Shown here: positions 55,720 to 64,000 of the stretch, in pieces
How positions within the stretch are numbered: position 1 is the first letter of the stretch
How the letters are laid out: the number at the start of each line of letters is the position of its first letter
Source of the DNA: Bugula neritina
Lineage: Eukaryota; Animalia; Bryozoa
Reading direction: 5' to 3'
DNA: 64,000 nucleotides
Assembly: GCA_964035545.1 (NCBI GenBank)
Contig: OZ037768.1
Location: 22,043,319-22,107,318 of the forward strand
Notes under the pieces: model-generated
What the model was told of the DNA's origin: nothing
The model's input: only the letters and a program-made list of their open reading frames with translations
Databases searched by the model: none
Made by a program: the position numbers and the translations under genes

Positions 55720-56100
55720 GTTAAACAACACCAAGGCCACATTCTCAAAATTAAAATATGACAATGTTGCTCAAGTGAGTAGCTGATTGCAACCAGCAAC
55801 TCTAATCCATTTAGTTTAGGTTGGCTACGCCCAGAGTTGATGTATTTTTAAAAATCAATGCAACCTTGCGGATGTACACAATCTAATGACATTTAAATTA
55901 TCAATAGTTTAATACAATACAGAATCACAATAGTACAAGCCATTTAAATTGTTCAAATTCCTGTTATGTGCTATAGGAGAAATTTAAACGTTGATGACTT
56001 GAAAGCGTTCCTAATGCAGTAATGGGCAAAAATTCCTCTCAATTATAAAAAGGATTGAGTTTAGATGCAAGCGCTGACAATCTAAAAATGTTGCTACATG
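55720..56100 (+). mobile_element. Possible highly decayed Tc1/mariner transposase fragment
   Basis: NLNVDDLKAFLMQ*WAKIP at ~55981-56037 resembles the transposase C-terminal helix (xxLKxxLxxEWxKIP); faint DNxRPH/LNPI-like remnants upstream; no TIRs seen. Confidence 0.35.
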
Positions 56101-58924
56101 TGGTTTTGATCTGAGGAAGTCAGCATTGTGTTTATTACCTGACGTAAACTTCAGATTTTGTGTTGGCTGTACTATAATGGGTGACTACACACAAAGCTTA
56201 TTACATAACTATGTGGATGACAAAATGAGAAATAAGTTTATTGAGCAATACATGTTAGGTAGAGCTGAGTAGCATAAATATGGTGAAATCAGTATATCCA
56301 TAAAACATTAATTATTCAACTGAAAGCTGCTCCTCTGACAGCTTGTATAGCAATACAACAATAACCGCTCAATAATTTTTAAGATGCACATGGCAGTCTC
56401 AATTATGTAAGGTGAGAGTCTACAGTTGAAATAAATTAAATTTTTAACTCCTACATCTTTCAACACTCCATACAACTTATTAGGATATCAGATGTTGACA
56501 TTTAATTCAAAGCAGGTTGTGTAAATCTGCCATAATATACACCTATTCTATTATATACATACTTTATACTTTATTCCATAAAATTAGGTTGATTTGAGAG
56601 TTGTACAATTTCTGTAGAACAAGAGAGAAACAAATCACCCAACTCTAAATCACGTGATTATATTGTATAAACTTTATTTGCATAACACATGTCTAAAATA
56701 CATTTTATAACTCAATTTCAATTTCTGACTTTACATTTATGTTTATATTAAACGAATATAGCAAGAAATTCTCTAGACTTTTCATTATATAATAATATGG
56801 ACTACTGTGGACCTACTGTGTACTGTAGGCAGTGGTATATAGCTAGGGAATGGGGTGGGATAGCTTTAGTGCCGAACTGGAAATGCATGGTGTAATTATT
56901 AAGTCAAGTCTTAGAAGAGATTGCATGGATCAAAAGTGGTTAAAGACATTACATAATCAAAGAGTGGCAAAATCATAACTTTCCTGGTAAATATATAATA
57001 ACAATGCACACGCTATAAACTGCATAAATATACTTCTACAATATAATGTATGTAGCATAATGCACATACACATTTATCTACAGTATATAAACACTGTATC
57101 TATGGCATATAAACACTGTATCTACAGTATAGTATACACACTGTATTTACTGTATATACACTTTGTATTTACTTCAAGTGTAGGCCTATATACACACTGC
57201 ACTATTTCTATCAAAACATGTATAAGCATTACTACTTGATGTCTAAATTAAATCAAGTTTAAGCTTCAGTTATACTATAAATAATATACTTAGTTAATAC
57301 TACTTACACAGTATAGACTGATGCATTTAATAACAACCATTAAAATCTTTAAACTTATAGGCAACAATATTTATAGTGCGACTGCCAATATAACATTGTC
57401 ATACTAGACAAACACTAGGATCAGGACATGGAAAGGTGAGAAAATACTAGACAAACACCGACATATACACTATCACTATGATTGGCAGATTATCGTTATG
57501 ATATGTATTTTGATCAATTAAAGTTAATATCTTAAAATGTAATTAATGTTATTGCTACCATGACTATCATGTTGATATTCACTGTCGTTATGATAAGCAA
57601 GATCATTTTTAATATTATATTTATTTTTATTATATATTAATTCTAAATATATATAAATATTGTGATTATTATTATAAAAATAAATATAGCTATGTCTATA
57701 TTCTACTTTATAAAATGAGAATAACAGTTATTGTGTTGGAATCCCGAAGCCCCTTATGCTGTAGTTGGTAAGTGCACCTGCTTGCAAGCTGGAGGTCTGT
57801 GGTTCCAGTCTCAGTGGGGGCAATTATTTTACAGTTAATAAAATAGTAGGTGCAACAATGACACGCTAACACTAACAATAAGTGTAACCCTAACAGTAAT
57901 ACTAATAACAATTGAAACTGTTACTAGTACTGACAATTAGTTATTAGATTGGTAATTATTATGACTATCATTCATAGTGGTAACTCACTGAATAATCACT
58001 ATAAATGATAATACTAATTGCCAATCTTAAGTTAATCTGAATCTGAGTAAAACTTAAGGGCTAAAAGTAAGACAGGCTAAGAGTTTCAGTTTGACCTATA
58101 GTAACTCAAAATGTAAGAGTGAGCATAACAAAACGAAAATAACTATAAGTGAAAATCGCAGTACTGTTAGTGTTATTAAACTTTAAAGTTAATGGCTCAT
58201 AGCCCATATAATTATATCATCACAATGATTATGAACCCACCAATCATCATGATCGTGATTATTCATAAATCCAGTCATTATCAATATGAATATCAATTAT
58301 CATGATCATCAACTTTAAGTGATCATCGTGATCATCATGTGACTGTCGCTCACACTGTCACTGTGTGCGAGTATCACTGTGAGCGTGAGTCACTGGGACA
58401 CTGACTGTCGGACTCAGTGTCAGTATATTACTATATTAGTATTACTAGTATAATAATATATAGATGATAGTCATATTGTAATTGATTCGATATAGTTACA
58501 CTGATATTGTCACATTGATATATTGATATACTAATACTATAACCATAAGTATAAGTATAAGTATAACTATAAGATTAACTTTAAGTATAACTTAAACTTA
58601 TGAATAAGTTCACTATAAAAGTTTACTATAACTATAAGTTATAGTAATACTAATAGTATTACTAATACTAATAGTGAGTATAACATTAACTATAAGTATT
58701 AAATTTAATTAGTATAAGTACAACTATAAGTTATAGTATAAGTATAAGTATTAGTATGAATATAATTGCATTGATTATTACATTGATCTAAATACATATA
58801 ATCAAATTATTTGAACAAGAATTGCTCAGTCTCAGTGATAACATTCACCATAGAAGTTATTGGACTTAGTCACAAACCGAAAGCCAAAGTCAGCTTCAAG
58901 TTCTATCAACAGGTTTTACTTTCA

Positions 58925-59021
58925 TTTTGTAAACAGTTGATGGCAAGTCATAGGGTTAGTTATAAAGAGGGAGATAACTCTTTGCTTAAACTAAACAAGG
59001 AGCAAAGGTCAAGGGCAAACA
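58925..59021. promoter_or_regulatory. Candidate FOX/GATA/HNF4-site cluster upstream of HNF4
   Basis: TGTAAACA (~58928), GAGATAA (58971), CTAAACAA (58991), DR1 GGAGCA-A-AGGTCA (58999-59011), AGGGCAAACA (59012-59021) within 100 bp. Motif matching only. Confidence 0.35.
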
Positions 59022-59637
59022 TATATACAGTTTTGCCACATGCGCAGGGCACACAACTCCTACAGAAGTCAAGTTTACATAATTGGCGGCCTTGTAAGAT
59101 ACTTCGTTAAACTTGTTCAGCTTAACACTACTGAGCTTGTACTGAAGATTTTATGCTTTTCTGTAAATTACATTAGTTAAAAAATGTACAAGATGTGCGT
59201 GTGTGCGCGCGTTCGTGTAGTATGCTGCAGCGCATAAAAATTTCTGAAAATCAATTCTTCACATAGTTTAAAGTAAAATAAATTAGGAGTAACTCCTAAG
59301 CACAAAAGCTCTTAGTTTTTACATTATAAGTTTTATTGAATAGACAATGAAATATTGAAACAATTATATATGCACCACACAACATATACCAAAGTGAGAG
59401 TTACATAATCATATGATAACTACAACAAGATTGTTTTGTACAGAGTTTTCAATTCATGGCCATATAAACAAGAGAAAAAATAAACTGATATTTCTTGGAA
59501 AGTTTAACTGACAATGTTTTTAAAAATATTAAAGAAACTTACAATATTTACCGTAACACTATTTACTACTTATTCTCGAATGAAAAACTTGTTTACAAGT
59601 GCAAATGGGACTAGTTGTCACAAACAGCCGTAGCTGA

Positions 59638-62600
59638 CTATCTCGCGCTCTTGGTCTTTTTGATACCTCTCACGACATTCTTTTGATTGGCTAGAGTTCC
59701 CTTCTTGTTTCTGGAGGTCTAGAAGCAGAATTCAAATTAATAACACGTAATCATATTTCATAATTTCATTAGCACACCAATTGTGCTAAAATGCTCCGCA
59801 GAAAAACAGCTCAGCCAACTCAACCATAAATGACAAAACTCAACCAAACAGTACCCCTTATGCTAGCCACTGCTTCGCAACTAAAGAACTACCCAGCTTG
59901 ACTCCTGAGAAAATAGGAGCTTTAAAATTTCCAACTACAAGCAGTTTTCTAATAAGGTTCAACTTTGACCTGACAGATGAATAATATTCAGCCAATCTAA
60001 AGCGAGACAAGCAATGCGTAACAACAGATACCTTTGAGGGCGTCTTCTTGCGGAGTCTTTTGTTAAGCTTTGACTTCTTGGTAACATTGCCATCCTTGAG
60101 TACTTTATATATTCTAACCAGCCAGTGTTCAGTTGTGTAAGCTTCCTCCAGGTGCTGCAACTTGAAGTTCTTGTGACCAATCTCTACGTTACGAGTTCTG
60201 TCGTATCCGGGTGGAGTTCGGTGGTCCAACTGCAAACAATCGTAGACACTGTATATATGCTAGTAGGTACTGTATATATGCTAGTAGATACTGTATATAT
60301 GCTAGTAGACACTGTATATATGCTAGTAGACACTGTATATATGCTAGTAGACACTGTATATATGCTAGTAGACACTGTATATATGCTAGTAGACACTGTA
60401 TATATGCTAGTAGACACTGTATATATGCTAGTAGACACTGTATATATGCTAGTAGGTACTGTACATATGCTAGTAGACACTGTATATATGCTAGTAGGTA
60501 CTGTATATATGCTAGTAGACACTGTATATATGCTAGTAGGTACTGTATATATGTTAGTAGACACTGTATATATGCTATTAGACACTGTATATATGCTAGT
60601 AGGTACTGTATATATGCTAGTAGACACTGTACATATGCTAGTAGACGCTGTATATATGCTAGTAGGTACTGTACATATGCTAGTAGACACTGTATATATG
60701 CTAGTAGGTACTGTATATATGCTAGTAGACACTGTATATATGCTAGTAGGTACTGTATATATGTTAGTAGACACTGTATATATGCTATTAGATACTGTAT
60801 ATATGTTAGTAGGTACTGTATATATGCTAGTAGATACTGTATATATGCTAGTAGACACTGTATATATGCTAGTAGGTACTGTATATATGCTAGTAGACAC
60901 TGTATATATGCTAGTAGACACTGTATATATGCTAGTAGATACTGTATATATGCTAGTAGGTACTGTATATATGCTAGTAGGCACTGTATATATGCTAGTA
61001 GGTACTGTATATATGCTAGTAGACACTGTATATATGCTAGTAGGTACTGTATATATGCTAGTAGTACTGTATATATGCTAGTAGGTACTGTATATATGCT
61101 AGTAGACACTGTATATATGCTAGTAGATACTGTATATATGCTAGTAGACACTGTATATATGCTAGTAGACACTGTATATATGTTAGTAGACACTGTATAT
61201 ATGCTAGTAGGTACTGTATATATGCTAGTAGACACAGTATAGATGCTAGTAGACACTCACCTGTAGCTCACCAAACCGGTAGTAACACAGCTTATACATC
61301 AGACAGTTTAGCAGAGTCTTAGAGCCAGCTGAGTCTACTCTGAACTCTCCATTAGGGGTGAAGTAGTCACTCTCCTACAAACCACAAACAAATCCCATTA
61401 AAAGAACTGAGGCTATGTGTTTGTGTTTGGCTAAAAAACGTTTTTAAATAAATGCAAATGAAACAAAATTGAAGCTCTTCCAATGCATTGAATGACCTAA
61501 AAAGTAGAAAATTCATTTATGTGCTGTGTGAAGATAGGCAGGGGTTATCTGTACATGGCAGTGTTGCATGGTGGCTTTGTTGTTAATTGTTACACAGGCT
61601 TTTAGAGAAAAAGCTATTTAAAGCTTTCAGATAAAAACTGAATGCTTTATGTACATACTGTTTGACTCTCTATGACTCAACCTTGCAACACATTGTATGC
61701 TCAATAAAGTTTATTCACATAATACTACAAACAGGTCTCAGTACAATAGATGGATGAAGACTAACCAAATACCAGTTAGAAAATATTGCTGTTACTAAAG
61801 TCTCGGACTCTCACCTTGATGTCCTGGGGGTGTTCCCCCTCCGCAATGCGCACCATCCACAGGAACTTGTTGATGTCGTCACCCGAGTAACCAATCACGC
61901 CGCCGAATATAACCAGTACGTAGTCAACTCCCAGCATCTTCATGATGTCATAGGCAGCGGTTTCATTGGACGACATGGCTTTACCCACCTGCATACATAA
62001 CATACAGATGGTAAGAGAAATAGAGAGGAACGAGCAGAAACATGCATACCAGATAGAGAGATAGATAGACATAAAATTATACCAACAAGACAACTTCAAC
62101 TCAAATAATATTGCCTGTTGAATTAAAATTATATTTAATGTAATAATTACTGCTGCAAAAGATTAAAGTTCCTATATTTCTACAGAACTTGCCTGGCAAA
62201 ACTTTTAAGAAACACACAACTGAGTTCACTGCTATAAATGTACAGTACAGACACGTACCAGAGCAATGTGACTGTTGTTCCAAGTGTTATTATCAACGAA
62301 TGTAGTCTTGTTCCCCATACCAGCTATCTGGTACCCATAATCCCACCAAGACATTACCGTCGCCTCGTCGTCGGTGTTCTGTCTCAGCCAATAATACGCC
62401 TCACGAAAATCATCCAATATCATACGAGATCTAGAACAGTGCAAATTACAATACAATGGTGGCTGCAATACATAATATAATATAATGACACTATCAATGA
62501 ATCATAAGGTATGCCATAATAATTATATTACAGAGAATTAGTAAAAATATTCTACACTGCATGAATATAAAATCATTTAACTGGTCAAGTTAAATTTAAA

Positions 62601-63831
62601 CAAGACTAGTACTCTATACATTATAAAACATACTACATATAATACAAATAGTGTACACTCAATCTGTGGTACTGTCAATTATCTATCACCTAACTTTGCG
62701 GCTATACAATAGAAGGCACAACACTATTGAGGTCCATAGACATGCTACATAGTAGAAGTAAGGTGGGGGTAAGGAGGGGTGGTCACCTACCCATCATGGT
62801 TATAAGAAGCCAAGACTATACTAGGGCTAGAGTAGGCATTGCTGGTCACCCATGTACAGTGAACACAGAAGAGCATAATGAGGAATATCACTATCATAAC
62901 TATAATAGACTTGAGAGAGCCCGTCACAGCGCCATCGGTGCCCGCTGACTTTGAATCAGACTTCTTCTTGGTAGGCTTAGAGTCAGCGTTAACCTTGGGA
63001 GGCTTTGACTACAAGACAAACAAATGGCAGCATCAGTAGTTGGCATCAGTTGGAACAAATAAAATATAATATACTGATTGTCTATGAAGTTCCTATTTAA
63101 ATCCATTACCAGTTATTGAAGTAAACAGGAAACACTATAAAGGCCAATCTCTGACAAGTTTAGTGAAAATGCATTTAATGAAGAAGCTGACTATCTGTAT
63201 GTTATGTAATATGTGAACTACTCACACATTACATAACTTGTCAGCAATCGTAGTGAGCTATGTCATAGGACATAGTCTTGCAAAAGAGGTGAAAAGGATC
63301 AGAGATATAACTGCCATTTATCAATCTGTGAAATTCAACAGTTTAGAAAACAGCTACCGGTCAAACCATGGAATTTATTCAAACTTTTACCAACTTCCCA
63401 AATAGTACTGCTCAACAAACAAACTAAAATATCTGCATGATATTGCACAGTATTTAAGAGCAATGATGATGTAAAAGAAGATTTATATAACCCACATTAC
63501 ATAACAGTAGCTAGCTGTGTACAGAACTTGTCACTTGGTTCCCTAGTAGAGAGTATAACATAGTAAACTCAGCACTACTAACACCTGTACTATGAACTAC
63601 CAGATAACACTCAACTTACATATACAACGCACTTGGTAAGCCTGTAGAATATCCAGTATGCTGTATTCTATGTATTAAATGATTGAAAGATGAGGATTTG
63701 CTAAGTAATGAAAAACACGTGAACAGAACAAGAGAATGGATAACAAGAGTTTCAGAGTAAAACTATACCTTCCCAGCAGTCTTAGCATGGTCAAACCTAT
63801 GCTTACGCTTACTGGAGAGATTGTCAGCCCC
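59638..63831 (-). CDS. STT3B: Oligosaccharyltransferase catalytic subunit STT3B, 3' portion (gene continues beyond window)
   Basis: Exons 63831-63769, 63008-62791, 62430-62259, 61988-61815, 61374-61261, 60229-60032, 59718-59638; phases consistent. [92 protein letters not shown]/QLDxRTPPG and the basic C-terminal tail are STT3B-type. AATAAA at 59337-59332. Confidence 0.95.
60242..61257. repeat. 21-bp minisatellite (~48 copies) making up almost an entire STT3B intron
   Basis: Unit tagtag(ac/gt)actgtatatatgc spans intron 60230-61260 from the donor to ~12 nt before the acceptor; source of four long 7-aa periodic ORFs. Confidence 0.97.
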
Positions 63832-64000
63832 CTACGCAGAGTGTACACAGGTGTGAAGAGGGAGAGAGAAGAACATGAGAAGAGTTACATTTACTGCTCA
63901 TCATAACATTCAACATTCAAGAATGATTCAGTCACTTTAAGCAACCAGTTGTTCATGATTACAGCTCTTGCTGATTACTAGTTATTGATTTACAAGTTAT

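Noticed and set aside
60125-61256. Four 280-355 aa ORFs with 7-aa repeats
   Set aside because: Translations of the intronic 21-bp minisatellite on both strands; the flanking STT3B exons join in frame (..GELQ|LDHR..) without them.

Overview
AT-rich, intron-dense animal (invertebrate, probably lophotrochozoan-type) genomic DNA; the species cannot be fixed from sequence alone. Hand-splicing at GT-AG sites recovers, left to right: the last exon of a vWA-domain gene and a complete 5-exon secreted single-vWA paralog (+); SEC61B (-, 96 aa, missed by the ORF track); a 17-exon PDPR-like mitochondrial flavoprotein (+, 890 aa); HNF4 (-, with candidate alternative first and last exons); and the 3' part of STT3B (-). 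The main discovery candidates are three. (1) A 3-exon antisense gene nested in a PDPR intron encodes a 408-aa protein with a divergent N-terminal HMG box, an SR-rich segment, an acidic Ser/Tyr/Asp spacer and a histone-H1/protamine-like basic tail (candidate chromatin-condensing or sperm nuclear basic protein). (2) Minisatellites recur at, and are built from, splice signals, most strikingly ~70 tandem copies of a real CAG|GT acceptor junction. (3) A 104-bp-arm palindrome carrying two hammerhead-like cores sits in a (TA)n tract, consistent with a Penelope-like element end. Also present: two tRNA-derived SINE copies (one with a 16-bp TSD) and a LINE 3' relic. Most ORFs in the supplied track are spurious or exon fragments.
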